Below are positions 49,746 to 62,792 of a DNA stretch of 64,000 nt, one piece after another. The notes below the pieces were generated by a model. The model searched no databases, had not been told where the DNA came from, and worked only from the letters and a program-made list of their open reading frames with translations. The stretch's first letter is position 1; every line of letters begins with the position of its first letter. This stretch comes from Felis catus (Eukaryota): NCBI RefSeq assembly GCF_018350175.1, contig NC_058368.1, positions 65,226,001 through 65,290,000 on the forward strand, read 5' to 3'. The position numbers and the translations under genes are program-made.

Positions 49746-50064
49746 AAAATATCTTGCTCAAATTCTGTTAGATATATTTCTAGCTTCTGTAATTTTGATG
49801 GTATCATAAATGGCACCTTCATTTGAGAATACATTTTCTAAACTATCATATTGTAGAATTCAGTGGATTTTTATACATTGGTTTCATATCTAGCAGATTC
49901 ATTAAACTCTATTATTACGTGGGGGCTTTTTTTTGAGTATTCTTTCTAGATAATATTGTCTAACTAATGAGAGGTTGTTTCTTGTTTTTTGTTGTTGTTT
50001 TTCTCTTCGGCCTATTCTTTTTATTTCTTGTTATGCCTTATTGCTAGGACCTTTATACATTTTT

Positions 50065-50281
50065 TAAAATTTTTTTGAATGCTTATTTATTTTTGTAAGA
50101 TAGAGCGACAGAGCATGAGCGAGGAAGGAGCAGAGAGAAAGGGAGACACAGAAGTCAAAGCAGGCTCCAGGCTCTGAGCTGTTAGCACGGAGCCCGATGC
50201 AGGGCTCGAACTCACAAACCATGAGATCATGACCTGAGCCAAAGTTGGACACTTAACCAACTGAGCCACCCAGGTGCCCCA
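50065..50281 (-). mobile_element. CAN-SINE
   Basis: TSD aggacctttatacattttt at 50046-50064 and 50282-50300. Confidence 0.95.
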
Positions 50282-51859
50282 AGGACCTTTATACATTTTT
50301 AAATGTAAGTGTGGATATTGAACTCCAGTGCCTTGGGCAAATACTTTTAACATTTTACTATTAAGTAACACATTTGCATTCATCCTTTGTCATGTTAAGG
50401 AAATTTACTTCTAGTCCTGAGTTGGTTCCCCTAACCTTTTGTTTGAAAAATTTCAAACATCAGAAAGGCTGTAACAATAGTAGAGTGAAAATCCATATAC
50501 TCTCTGCTTTAAATATATTAAAATACTTATTTTATATTCTATGTCTGATCATTTTAATATTTGATGTTTTCTAAGCGCAGGGGTGGTATTTCTACTTGAC
50601 CCTTATACCATATGTATAGCTCTTTGTGGTCTTAGATTGATGTGTGGATTCTGCTACAAGGTACTCACCTTGCGCTGGTCCTGGGCTGTGTATCTGGCTT
50701 ACCTTGTCCTGGGAAGGAATGAAGTCTAAAGTTCAAGGTGTCCCGGTTCAGCAGATGCCCTTAAGATAAAAGCTCACATCAGTCCCGTGCCTTCTTCTCT
50801 GCCTTCCCATTTACAGTCAGTTTATAACCTCTGAATATTCCTTACTCCTTTGCCAGCACATTAATGAACTTAAAACTATATTCCCTTATATTTACACTAG
50901 GGATTTTTAGTTGTTTTCAGTGAGAAGGTCGATCAGGACACCCAGATGACCTCACTCCAAGAAACGGATTTGGTCTACTCTTGATGTAACTTTTGGAATC
51001 TCACACCAACCTCAGTCTTCCTTAAAGCTTATTTTCCCCTTTCCTTCATGAAGACCGTTGATCCAATGGCTAAACGTGTACTTCTTCCCTATCTTTCACA
51101 CACAATCTCTACTAGCTTTGCAAACCCTTGTAATGTCTTAAAAGAGGTTTCTGAACTAACATGACTATTTAAGCCAAAAAGCTAAACTCTAATTTCCAAA
51201 GATGAACACAGGTTCCCTGTAGTGAAGCTAGCAAAAGTGAGCTGTCTGGTTACAAAGATTTTCCAATATCTCCACCTTATCTCTGTGGGGATTTACGGTT
51301 ACTTCATGAGGCAGGATGTTTTGACACAGGTCAACTTGTTCTTTTAAAGTATGAGAAGCTTTGTTGCTTTTAATTGTTTCATTTTCTAGTCAACTGCGGA
51401 CTGTTAAAAAAAAAAAGCCCTATAACTATACTAGGAATCACAATTAGATATGTTTAGACAAGAGTACCCCCCTCCGGCCACCCTCTCCACATATACACAC
51501 TCACACACTAGGTTCTTACACAGACTGTATATAGTCCAATGGAGCTGACCAAGGCAAAATCGTGAACCAGGTAACATCAGTTTTCAGGACTCATCCTGCA
51601 TTTCTGGGCGTCAAAGGTGGTGTTTCCTAGGCCAGGATCTGTTCTACTCTGAATTAAGAAGAGTTTGAGACAAAAAACTGGGGCAATTCTGCCCGATAGC
51701 CCCCTGTATTTTTCACATTTTCTCTCTGCTGGGCGTGTCCCTCTCCCCACGTGCGTAAGTTCAGATGATTTCACTCAACTAAGGCCAATTTTGGTATAGG
51801 AACAGATGAGGTCAATTAAAGGCATAGTGCCTCACATGATTTAGAGAGAAGCCCAAATT

Positions 51860-52385
51860 TATATATGTTTGCTGTTATTGCTGTAACAGATTACCACACC
51901 GGTAGTGACTTAAAACAACACGAATTCATTCTCTTGCTGTGCTGGAGGTCCGAAGTTTAAAGTGAGAGTCTTGAAGAGCTGAAATCAAGGTGTATATAGG
52001 ACAGGTTCTTTCTGTCAACAGGCCCAAGGAGAGAATCTATTTACCTGCCTTTTGCAGCTTCCAATGGCGTGGCCATGTGTAACCTCGGTTTATGGCCTCT
52101 TCCTCCTCCTTCAAAGCACATCACTCCACATTCTACTTCCCTCACCATCTCTCTGTTTCCTCTGACTCTGCCTTCTCCTGTCTCTTCTTATAGAAACTGT
52201 TGTGATTATATCCAATTTACCTGGATGATCCAGGCTAATCTCCCCATCTCAAGATCCTTAACTTAATTACATCTGCAGAGTTTCTTTGACCATATAAGGT
52301 AACATATATGGTCACAGGTTTTGGGGATTAGGACATGGGTGTCTCTGGGAGGACTGTTATTAGGACCATTATTCAGCCTACCACA
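51860..52385 (-). mobile_element. MaLR solo LTR (MLT1C/D-like)
   Basis: ttgctgtaacagattaccacac...gacttaaaacaacac...ggatgatccaggctaatctccccatctcaagatccttaacttaattacatctgca...attcagcctaccaca. Confidence 0.88.
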
Positions 52386-52911
52386 GTTTATAATAAACAG
52401 TCTCTCCTCTGCCCTCTAATTCAATCTCTTTGTGCGAGTCTGCAAACCTGCCATCACCTGACCTTGAGACTAAAGTCCTTCTTGCTAGTCCATTTATACT
52501 TTCTAGGAAGCCATGGGTTGTCGCCATCAGTCATTTCATAGATAAAAATCATTCCCAACATCCCTTATTCTAATTAACGATTCTTCTGTTTGGAGTGGAT
52601 TTGGGGTATCCACAGCCTTATTTAGAAACTTCTACAGTGTAGACCTCAAGTTATGAAGGTTCATTGGTTAATTACCCACCAAGAATTTAAGTTAATTTAC
52701 ACACACACACACTACTGTTTAATATCAAAATGTTTTGAAGCACATTATAGGCAACACAACAAAGGATGTATCATAATTTATCTTCACTTTCGTCTGTTGA
52801 TGAACATACTGATAACGTTATAATGCATTTTATTTTTCTAATAGATACTATACCTCAAAGAAAATAATAGAAATGTCCCTCCTAGATAATAATTAAAATA
52901 TGACTATCTTC

Positions 52912-53067
52912 GGCGCCTGGGTGGCTCAGTTAAGCATCCGACTTTGGCTCAGGTCATGATCTCACGGTTCATGAGTTCAAGCTCCATGTTGGTCTCCGAC
53001 AGTGCGGAGCCTGCTTGGGATTCTCTGTCTATCCCTCTCTCTCTGCCCCTCCTCCACTCATACCCAT

Positions 53068-53113
<46 letters not shown>

Positions 53114-53138
53114 AAATTAAATAAACTTTAAAAAATAC
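52912..53138 (+). mobile_element. CAN-SINE
   Basis: TSD aaaatatgacta(t/c)cttc at 52895-52911 and 53139-53155. Confidence 0.95.
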
Positions 53139-54124
53139 AAAATATGACTACCTTCAAAGCCATAAAAAATAATATAGAGAGCTACTGATGATCTACTATG
53201 TTTTAAGTTTTTATATGTTTCCATGGATTGTGCCAATGTAATATTAATAATGTTAATAACACCAACAGTTTGAAGCTTTACTATGGTGTCAAATTTCTTT
53301 GGGCCAACAGCCCTATGAGGGAGATATTATTAGTCCATTTTGTACAATTAGCAAGAAGCCAGAAGGCATTCCTAGGGGGAGATGGTGATATTGGGATGGT
53401 TCATGGGAACAATGATTTTGAACGTGAGGCCTCTGCAAACTTGGCTTGAATTATATTCTCCAGGCTTAATGCTTAGGCCAAAATTAATTCTATGCTAGCC
53501 CCTCAGATGCTGGGGCCTGGTGACTAATCCTATCCAGACTCTGATCTCAGCTCTGGGAACAGTAATGTATTTACTCTGGTGAAAAGGTTAAGGAAAGAGG
53601 TATAATAGGTATTTAGAAAATATTTCTCATCCTGACACCTTTGAAAAGGTTGCCCTTTTGGACAGAGGACATGTTTTGACACCTGTAAATCTTCTCTCCC
53701 AGCATCATTTCTGAAATTTTAGGTATACCTCATCTATTAAGACTTCAAGTTTTTCACCTAGAAAATAGTTCATTAGTAATTCATACAAAAAGAAACAAGG
53801 CCTTGCTTAAGATAGAATTTCTGTAAATGTAGTGTTAAAATGTAATTTTTTTGACACCTGAGACACAAATTGTGAGAAGCAAAAGATTTTAGCAAACAAT
53901 TTCCATTAGAAAATGTATCCAGCTAAGAAAACACATACATTTAAATTTTTTTTTTTTTTGAAGGGAGAAAGAAAGAAGAGGTGTAGAGGGCAAGAGGGAG
54001 AAAGGATATAAAAATCAAAGAAAGAAAAGAGACAAGAAGAATGGAGATGCTAGCATGTGGGTCTTACAACCCATGTTCAGAGGTTAGAATGTTTTAGGCT
54101 GTGAGAATTAAAAGACCATGAAAG

Positions 54125-54532
54125 CAAGTCAGGCAGAAGTTAGCTAGACGCTCACGATCCTATGGTTTTTGTTTTCCTTGGCACCCAAGAAAAGTAAATT
54201 TCCCACTCTTTTTTGCGGTTAGGTTGGTACCAGATTGACCTTCTGGCCTATGTAACAAATGGGAATATTGCCTGGGCCTGCCTCTAAAATCATCCTTGAC
54301 ATTCTCAGCTCATTCTCTTCCACTTCTGCAAGGACCCCAAAGGTACGGCTTTGAATAGCAGCCTCGCAAATTGGAAAGAACAGAATGCCCGTGGAAGAGA
54401 GCTACCAAGGAGATCCATCAGACCTGTGTCTGAATCTAACATGACCAAGAAATACACCCTTATTGTTTTAAGCTTCCAGGATATTGATGTAGTTTGGTAT
54501 AGTAGCCAACATCAATTATCCTGACCAAAACA
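54125..54532 (+). mobile_element. MaLR LTR (MLT1J-like)
   Basis: aaatttcccactcttttttgcggttagg...gaccaagaaatacacccttattgttttaagc...tatcctgaccaaaaca. Confidence 0.65.
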
Positions 54533-54534
54533 GT

Positions 54535-55400
54535 AGATGAGTAACATGATCAGATTTGCATGTTATGTAAATCCCTCTGACAATGTAGGAGGATGGATTT
54601 GAGAATATACAAGACTAAAGATGGGAGATCAACTGCACTACTGCCGAGGTGGTACAGGCACGATGGGAAGAGCCGGGATGTACAACTGCAATTGAGGGAA
54701 AGTGGGCAAATATTAAAGGAAGGAATGGGTTGATGTCAGGATCACAGGGAGCATCAAGGTCAATGCCCAGGCACCTTAGTGAAGAACTTGACCATGAGAG
54801 AACGACCTGAGAGACAATACTCAATAAGAAGCAACTCTAGGGGGGTTGGAATGTTCCATTTGAGGTATGATCTTCTCTTTCCCTGTACTTGTCACAGTTG
54901 TCATTTATTTCTGTGATCATTTCATTACAGGGTTGTTAAACTATAAAACTTCATAAGGATATGGGCCCTGCCTATTTTTACTTAACTTCCATCCCAAGAA
55001 TACCAAGCCATTCTTGACACCAAGCATAGATATGCAACAAACAGTTGTTGCATGAATGAGGGAATGAAATCATGGGTGATGTGACAAACAGACAATTGGA
55101 CATCTAATGGATAGATGAAAGCCTGAGTGTGGAAGAAGTGGTCCTTAAGAAAAGGAGGAATGAGCTGAGAAGAACACATGGAATAAAGGGGGTGTTTATT
55201 CTTTTGTAAGAGAAGACCTGTTCACTAGCTAAGAAGGAAGTGGCTGAAAAAAAGGATGGTAGATGCATAAGAGCGTGAGGAAGACTGCGTAGCCCAGTGT
55301 GAGAGAATGGAGCCTGTGGATGGAGTGACGTGGACAGAGAAGGAACACCAACCTTCTTGGCCTAGAGGACAGGAGATAAAGGTGGGTGCGGGGAGGCATA
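54535..55400. mobile_element. L2 fragments in both orientations
   Basis: gtaacatgatcagatttgcatg (antisense); acaccaagcatagatatgcaacaaacagttgttgcatgaatg (sense 3' end). Confidence 0.6.
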
Positions 55401-58144
55401 ACCTTGTAGATGATGAAATTAACTTTAAAGAGGGTGTATGGATGAGAGTTATACAGGTGGGCTCAAGTCTTAAGGAGAACGGGAAAGGTCTGGAAAAGTC
55501 ATTGAGAAACAAGACAGGAAGATGGAAAAAACTCAGAGGTCTATAGACAGTACCAAGGGCAGAGCTGAGGTTAGGGACTGTGAACTTGTGGACCAGGAAA
55601 ACAGGCAGGCCACATATAGAATTCCTCATTCATTCAGCAAATACTTACCAGCACCTTCCATCGTAAAGCACTGAGCTCCTTGCAAGGACAACAGTATGTT
55701 AATGATATTAGTGCTTTGCATTTATTGTGGCTGAGGCACAATCAGTCATTTCAGTAAAAACAAAACGTATTAGTTGGCAGCATGTAGACAAAGTTATTGG
55801 CTGTGCAAAATTTTCCCTTTTCAGCCTGTTGTTTTTTTCTAGTGGTACACATAGGCTCCCGGCTTTAACTCTGATGTTAAAGTATTTCGTGTGTTCTCTC
55901 ACTGACTTTCATTACATAAATCACAGTGAGCCTGACAGAGTCTGGAAGCCGGGCTGATGAAATTGGGCAGCGGGAGAGTCTGCCCCCTTCTCCATCCTTC
56001 TGTGGCTCCATTTCCCTCCCAAAGCAGAATTTTCTCTCTTCCCACTCCCTTTCCCTCATAGGCTGATCTCCAAGTAAAGAGTCTGATAAATGTGTTAATT
56101 TAGCATCACTGTAAAGCTGAGAATTTCTCCTAAAGATGTTGTTAGTGTACTTGCCTATATAGTTGGGGGCAGGGTACGGTTGAAGTCAGTTTTCTGGAGC
56201 CATCAAATTAGAACCCAAAAGGCCTTCCAGCTCAATATTAGGCATATATTAGGACAGAGATTGCTGACTGGTAATACTATCTAAGCTAGTTTATTATTTA
56301 ATTTTTTTCCCCAAAATTGAAATTGCACCATGAAGATGTTAAGGAATTGACCAAATTTATTGGCTAGTGAGAAAGACTATGAATCCATGCCTCATTCACA
56401 ATTAACTTCTTTTCACTGGACATAGTAACCCAGACAATATGCATTTCCCATTGTATTCTGAAATATTATTGACTTAATTTTATCAAAGTGGTTTGGTTGG
56501 TCTCTAAAGGCATAGGGATTTTTTTTCAGAATACCAATGCTGCATACAATTGCAGATAAACTATTATGGGAGTAGTTCACTGATAACCTCATTTTCTATA
56601 TTATTGAGTGTTGTTTTGAGAATGTTAAGTGAAATTCCATGTTAAGATATGCAATTTGCCAGGAAGCTTTGGGGGAAATTATTGAACTGTAGTGGTGATT
56701 TTTGCCCTGCCTATCTTATCTACCTGCTCCATTAGTGAATCAACTTGAATGACCAGTGAATTATTCCAGTGAAATAGCAGAATGGTAATAGCAGTCAATT
56801 AAACTAATTTCTAAATTCACCTACTTGCTTTTACCAAGGTCACTCAACCAAAGAAGAATTCAGAAAAATTAATATTCTGTCTTTTTATTAACTCATCTCC
56901 AAGCGCTTGGGAGAAAAGAGTGTTGAACACCAGTCTGGTTTTATCTTATAAATCCTCCTCATCTACTTAACTCAATCCACTGTCAGGCTTATTAAAAAGG
57001 TGACAGTCTGGGTAACCCAAACAATGCAGGAAAGAATAGAATACTTAAACAATGGAAACAACTGTATTTGATACTGTGTTTATCTCTTCAGCACTAAATG
57101 ATGTTTTACACTTTGGGTTTATTCCTTTTGTCATTGGAAGTTACATATCTGTGCACCACCCCTTGACAAAACTGTATCTATATAACCAGTGCTATCTTGT
57201 GGGGGATGGAAAAAGGCTTTGGAACACATACCTTCCTTCATCCCCTCTATATTGACATTATATTTAATTATTGAAATAGACACCATTGTAAGTTTAATTT
57301 AATTTTAAAGCATATTTGCATTTTAAAATATTAATATGTAATTTCTGTTCACATTATTTAGAGTCTGCCTCCTACATATCAATCATTTGAATCCATTTCA
57401 GCGTATGGATTTCAGTGAATCCTCAAGGACTCTGACTTAGGCCAGGTCACCATTGTCATTGGATTTACCACAAATCCTTCTACTTGGACCCTCTCCTCCA
57501 ATTCATTCATTACAATTTCCATCATTCATTCAATGAACTCTTTTCAAAAATGTTATTGCCAACTCTATGTCAGGTACTATTGTAAGCACTGAGCTCAGAA
57601 AGGTAAGCAGAAAAGAAAAAAATCCCTGTCATCTGGGAGCTTCTAGTGTGATCTTTCTGAATTGCAAATCCACTTGTATCATTCTCTTCCTTAATATCTT
57701 TCAATGACTTCTCACAACACTAATAATTAATTCAAACTTTGTTAACAAGGCTTTAAGGAGTCCTTCAGGAGCTGGGTCCTCGTTATCTCTTTGTTGGAAT
57801 CTCCCTCCCCGGGCAAGTCAGATTTCCTAGTTGCCAACAACAAAAGCTGCCACACGTGAAGTCTGAAGAGGAGTTTATTAAAAGGACATAGAGTATCTCC
57901 TAGAATTGTTACTGGATTGGAGAATGAGGTGTGAAGCTCAGTCTTGAGGAGTAATGCCCGAAATCTCACTGCAGAATTGACCTGACGTGGCAAATCCCTG
58001 CCATCCCCAAACGGCGCCATATCTTCAATTGTTCTGGTGCCACCTGAGCCTTCATATCACAACCCTGCAGCCACTACTAAGCCCAAGCTGGATGTGTGTG
58101 CATAAGAGAGACAGAGAAAGAAAGAGAGAGAGAAAGGAAGCGCG

Positions 58145-58185
<41 letters not shown>

Positions 58186-58850
58186 TTCCTCTCCTTGCCT
58201 CTTTCATCACTGGCTTAGGAGTTGAAGTCTGGCACAGACTTATCTGATTAGAGGCCTCAAACCTGGGCCTTAGCTAGAAGAAAGACTGGGAATACAAGCA
58301 TCTACCATGTTCAGTCCCTTTAGGGAAGCTGGTCTTAGTTCCTACCAAGTCTCACAAATGGAGGGATTCCCTAAACACGAAAGTGGGCTTCAGATGGTAG
58401 ACCAACAGATAGATGAACGAAAAATGTTCCATATACCCCTAAAACCCGATAGACCAATGGAATAGAAGTAAAAGCCTGAAAATGAACCCGCATAAATATA
58501 GTCAACGGACCTTTGACAAAGGAGCACAGGCAATCCAGTGGGGTGAAAACAGCCTCTTCAATAAATGGTGCTGAGAACTGGACATCCACATACCAAAGAA
58601 AATGAATCTAGGCACAAACCTTATGCCTTTCACAAAAATTGGCTCAAACTGGATTATAGACTTCAATGTAAAACACAGAACCATAAAACTCCTACAAGAT
58701 AACATCGGAAGAAAGCTAGCTGAGTTTGGTTTGGTGATGGCTTTTAAGATGCGACACCAAAGTCATGATCCGCTATTATCCAAAATATACAAAGAATTGT
58801 TAAAACTCAACAATAAGAAAACGAATAACCCAATTTAAAAATAGGCCAAT

Positions 58851-59068
58851 GGGGCGCCTGGGTGGCGTAGTCGGTTAAGCGTCCGACTTCAGCCAGGTCA
58901 CGATCTCGCGGTCCGTGAGTTCGAGCCCCACGTCAGGCTCTGGGCTGATGGCTCAGAGCCTGGAGCCTGCTTCCGATTCTGTGTCTCCGTCTCTCTCTGC
59001 CCTCCCCCGTTCATGCTCTGTCTCTCTCTGTCCCCAAAATAAATAAACGTTGAAAAAAAAATTAAAAA
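58851..59068 (+). mobile_element. Young felid SINE (SINEC_Fc-type)
   Basis: CpG-rich, near-identical to the copy at 31315; TSD aaaaataggccaa at 58837-58849 and 59069-59081. Confidence 0.96.
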
Positions 59069-59088
59069 AAAAATAGGCCAAATATCTT

Positions 59089-59195
59089 GGGGCGCCTGTC
59101 TGGCTCAGTCTGAGGACTTGAGAGTCTTGTTGTCAGGGTCATGAGTTTGAGCCCCACTTTGGGTGTAGAGATTACATAAATAAATTAACTTAAAA
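59089..59195 (+). mobile_element. Short tRNA-like CAN-SINE
   Basis: ggggcgcctgtctggctcagtc...gggtgtagagattac; flanks aataggccaaatatctt and aacagaccaaagatctt. Confidence 0.85.
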
Positions 59196-59342
59196 CAACA
59201 GACCAAAGATCTTAACAGATAGATACCTCCAAAAAAGATATACAAATAAGCATATGAAAGATGCTCCACACTCTATCATCAGGGAAATGCAAATTAAAAT
59301 ACCAATGTTATACCACTCACCTATTGCAATGGACAAAATCCA

Positions 59343-59446
59343 AGGAAGCCTTGTTGCCTCAGTTGGTAGAGCATGCGACCCTTGACCTCAGAATCTTAAG
59401 TTCGAGCCCCATGTTGGGGGTAGAAATTACTTAAAAAAGAAAAGAA
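59343..59446 (+). mobile_element. Short tRNA-like CAN-SINE
   Basis: ctcagttggtagagcatgcgacccttgacctcag...agttcgagcccc; TSD aatggacaaaatcca at 59328-59342 and 59447-59461. Confidence 0.88.
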
Positions 59447-60492
59447 AATGGACAAAATCCAGGCCACTGATACAACTAAATGCTGACAAGGGTGCTGAAC
59501 AACAGGAACTCTCACTCATTGCTGGTGGGAATGCAACATGGTACAGCCATTGTGGAAGACAGTTTAGAGGTACTGAACAAAACTAAATGTACCCTTACTA
59601 TACAATCTATTAATCCTATGCCTTTGTATTTACCCAAAGGAGTTGAAAACTTAAGTCCACACAAAAACCTACACACAGGTGTTTACAGCATTTGTATTCA
59701 TAATTGCCCAAACTTGGAAGCAACCAAGAAGTCATTTAGTAAGTGAATGGACAAATAAACTGTGCATCCAGACAATGGAATATTACCCTTTGCTAAAAAG
59801 GAATGAGCTATGAAGCCATGACAGGACATAGAGGAAGCTTCAATGCCTATTATAAGTGAAAGAAGCCAATATAAAAGGCTGCATAGTGTATGATTCCAAG
59901 TATATGTAATTCTAGAAAGGGCAAAACTATGGAGACAAAAAGATCAGTGGTTGCCAGAGGTTGGTGGGCGTTGGGGGATGAATAGGTGAGGCACAGAGAA
60001 TTTTTAGGGCAGTGAAAGTACTCTGTATGATACCATACTGATGGGTACATGTCATCATACATTTGTCCAAAACCATAGAATGTACAGCACTATGAGTGAA
60101 CCATGGTGTAAGCTACGGAATCTGGATGACTATGATATGTTGGTGGAGGTTCCTCATGTGTCACGAATGTACCACTTTGGCGGGGGATGTTAAAAATGGG
60201 GGAGATTATGCCTGTGTGAGGGCAGGAAATATATGGGAAATTTCTGTACCTTTCCCCTTAATTTTTCTGTGAGCCTAAAACTGCTCTAAAAAAGTTATAA
60301 TTAAAAAAAAAACTAAGCTACAGCTACATGGAACATCTTTCAATTCTTTCAACATAATCTCTTATTCACTTCTGGGCCTATTTGTTCTGGGCCTCCTTTC
60401 CCTTTGCTCAGATCATTTGTACCTATGTTTGGGAACCTGTTTAACACAGACCTTTTCAGACGTCTCTGACCCTCCCTAGAGCCCCTCTAGAT

Positions 60493-60703
60493 CAGGGGTT
60501 CACAAATTACAGTCTTAAGGCCAAATTCAGCCCACTGTCTGTTTTTGTAAATACAGTTTTATTTGAACACAGACACAGTCATTGTTTATACATTGCCTGT
60601 GGCTGCTTTCACAGAGTTGAATAGTTACAACAGGGACCACATGGCCTGCAAAGCATTCAATATTGTCTACCTGGCCCTTTACAGAAAAAGTTAGCCAACC
60701 CGT
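60493..60703. mobile_element. MER58A-like hAT-Charlie MITE
   Basis: caggggttcacaaattacag...ttttacagaaaaagttagccaaccc; tagat on both flanks. Confidence 0.88.
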
Positions 60704-61649
60704 TTTAGATACTTCGGCTTTATGCTCCTAAGACATTGTATTGACCTTAACATCACTCCTTTCATGTTTTATGTACCATCCTTACCAGGTGGCAAGCTGC
60801 TTGAGAGCAGGACTACGTCTGTCTCACTAACCCTTGAACATCCAATACGTGATAGAGTGCTTAATGTGTACTTAATATGTACATATACTTAATATGTACA
60901 TGAATTCAGAAACTAAAGTGTGGGCCAGCTGTGCAGTTGGTCAACTAACAAGTTGTAAGAGGCACAAAAATGTCACCTGGACTGTAACAGGATGGAGAAA
61001 CTTCCAGAACTTCTCCCAGAGAGACTAAGTGTCTGGAAGAAATACTTGAACAAGCCACTTGGGCTCAGGCTGAGAAATGGGTTCTCTCCTTGTCTATGTG
61101 GGTGACAGTAGGTGGTTCCTAGTTTGCCATTTGAGGAATGTGAGTCCAGTTAGCTGTGGCCTTTGTTTTGCTGAGCACAGTAACCCTGCAAGAACACAGC
61201 TAACCCCCTCCCTCCTCCTTCCCCATCTTTCTTTCAGGGAACACTCAGTTTCCACTTAAAATGAGTGTATAGCAAATATTTTCTAAATATTTGGGGGGCT
61301 TGAAGGATCTCCAAAATCCTAATCTTCCTCAAAGCACTCATATCTTTCATGCAGACTATGAATAAGTAAACACAATTTATCATTAATGGAACAAAAAAAT
61401 ATTAGCTATAATAATCTCAGTTCTGTTTCCACAATGATTTGGGTCTTTTTTTTTTTTTAATTGTGGGTTGAGACCTCATAGTGTACTAGGAAATGGTAAT
61501 TTTGTTTATAAAATAGAGTGAAGAGAATAATAGATTAGGAAGAAGCAAAATGCATTCACAATTATAGTTCAGGACACATTGGTTCACATCATGTTTTTAA
61601 ATAAACATGTATATGTATGTGCTGAATCAGAATGTGTATTTTTCAACAA

Positions 61650-61860
61650 TTTGTTATTATTTTAAAGTAATCTCTACACCTAACATGGGCATCGACCTCA
61701 CAACCCTGAAAGGGAGAGTGAGGGAGGGGCAGAAAGAGAGATAATCCCAAGCAGGCTCAGAGCTGTCAGCACAGAGCCTGACACGGGACTCGAACTCATG
61801 AACCATGAGATCATGCTGTGAGCTGAAGTCACCGCTTAACCAACTGCGCCACCCACGTGC
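61650..61860 (-). mobile_element. Chimeric CAN-SINE (long-type head and CT tract joined to a short-type 3' half)
   Basis: Minus strand reads ...gcccctccctcactctcccttt|cagggttgtgaggtcgatgcccatgttaggtgtagagattactttaaaa. Confidence 0.8.
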
Positions 61861-62169
61861 TTTTTGCTTCTTCTTTAATGTTGATAGAAGAGCAGTGTGT
61901 ATCAAGTTACGGTCACCTGATGTGAGGGACTCTCTCAGTAGCTCCAAAGTGTTGTGCAAGGCTGAAGTGAGGGCAAGGAAAGGTGAGAAAATAAAACCAC
62001 CCCCCACGCATTGTAAGACCTACCAGGAGTCGAGGGGCATGTTGGTAGCCGGCAGCATCAGCATCATCTGGGAGTCCAGCTAATTCAAGAACATTCATTT
62101 TAATTAAATTCCTAGATGGTCCATATGTACGTTAAAACAACTACCCACATATGGGGTGGTGAAAACTAT

Positions 62170-62637
62170 TACTGTTCTTCTCACATCTCTCAGATACTTT
62201 CATTATTTTTATGCACACTAGCTACCAGTTTGCTTTTAATCCCAACACTCAGTGCCTGTTCTAACTTTAGGCTGCCAGAACAAACTCTGCCCGTGAGCAA
62301 AGAGCACCCAAAGAGATTAAGAATATACCTCCCAGTGGGCAACCCTTAACCAATGTTGGACAGGTGAGAGCAATAAATATTCTATCATTTCCATCCCTTA
62401 ATTCTTCATGACATTCTTCCCCTAATAAGTCATGAACTATGTTTTCTTCATGGTTCTGTTACAGGATTGAGCCAAAGTTCCTATTGGAATCTTTGCTCCG
62501 TGTCATATCCTTGATGGGCCTCCTTCTCTTAATTTTGTTCGTGTTCCCATCCTGTTTCCCTGGGAATACATTCTAATAAGTCACTTTCACCTGGATCCTG
62601 TCACAGGGTCTGTTGTTGCAGAAGCCAATTAAGATAT
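62170..62637 (+). mobile_element. ERVL-type LTR (LTR16-like)
   Basis: gggcaacccttaaccaatg...ccctgggaatacattctaataagtcactttcacctggatcctgtcacagggtctg. Confidence 0.65.
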
Positions 62638-62792
62638 AAGGCAAAGTAGAGTTAATAAACCACAGTCTAATAAATAACTCTCCCATATTTTTGCTCTATC
62701 CTGGTATTTACCAAGTGTAGTATATGTAAAAGGTACTGGTTTCATATCGGCATCAGAAGCAGAAGTGATTTTTTAAAAGTTGCTGACAAGAA

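Larger units (their letters stand above)
47290..50950 (-). mobile_element. Old L1M remnant carrying several SINEs
   Basis: ttttgggttgtttccagtttt; ORF 49002-49253 contains ...LFVELENMIPKLTQKNIKPRI (ORF2-like). Confidence 0.7.
58440..60312 (+). mobile_element. L1M (MB/MC-type) ORF2 end and 3'UTR with three SINE insertions
   Basis: MNLGTNLMPFTKIGSNWIIDFNVK...KIYKELLKLNNKKTNNPI (58602-58838); ends ttttctgtgagcctaaaactgctctaaaaaa. Confidence 0.85.

Noticed and set aside
55225..55629. 134-aa minus-strand ORF
   Set aside because: Overlaps decayed L2-like purine-rich sequence; no domain or splice support.
59343..59446. tRNA-like sequence with A and B boxes
   Set aside because: Has an A tail and TSD and a decayed acceptor stem; a short CAN-SINE rather than a tRNA gene.
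60860..60902. Small duplication acttaatatgtacat, and a similar ccaactattgg repeat at ~40732-40760
   Set aside because: Ordinary slippage-scale duplications; no array or spacer structure.
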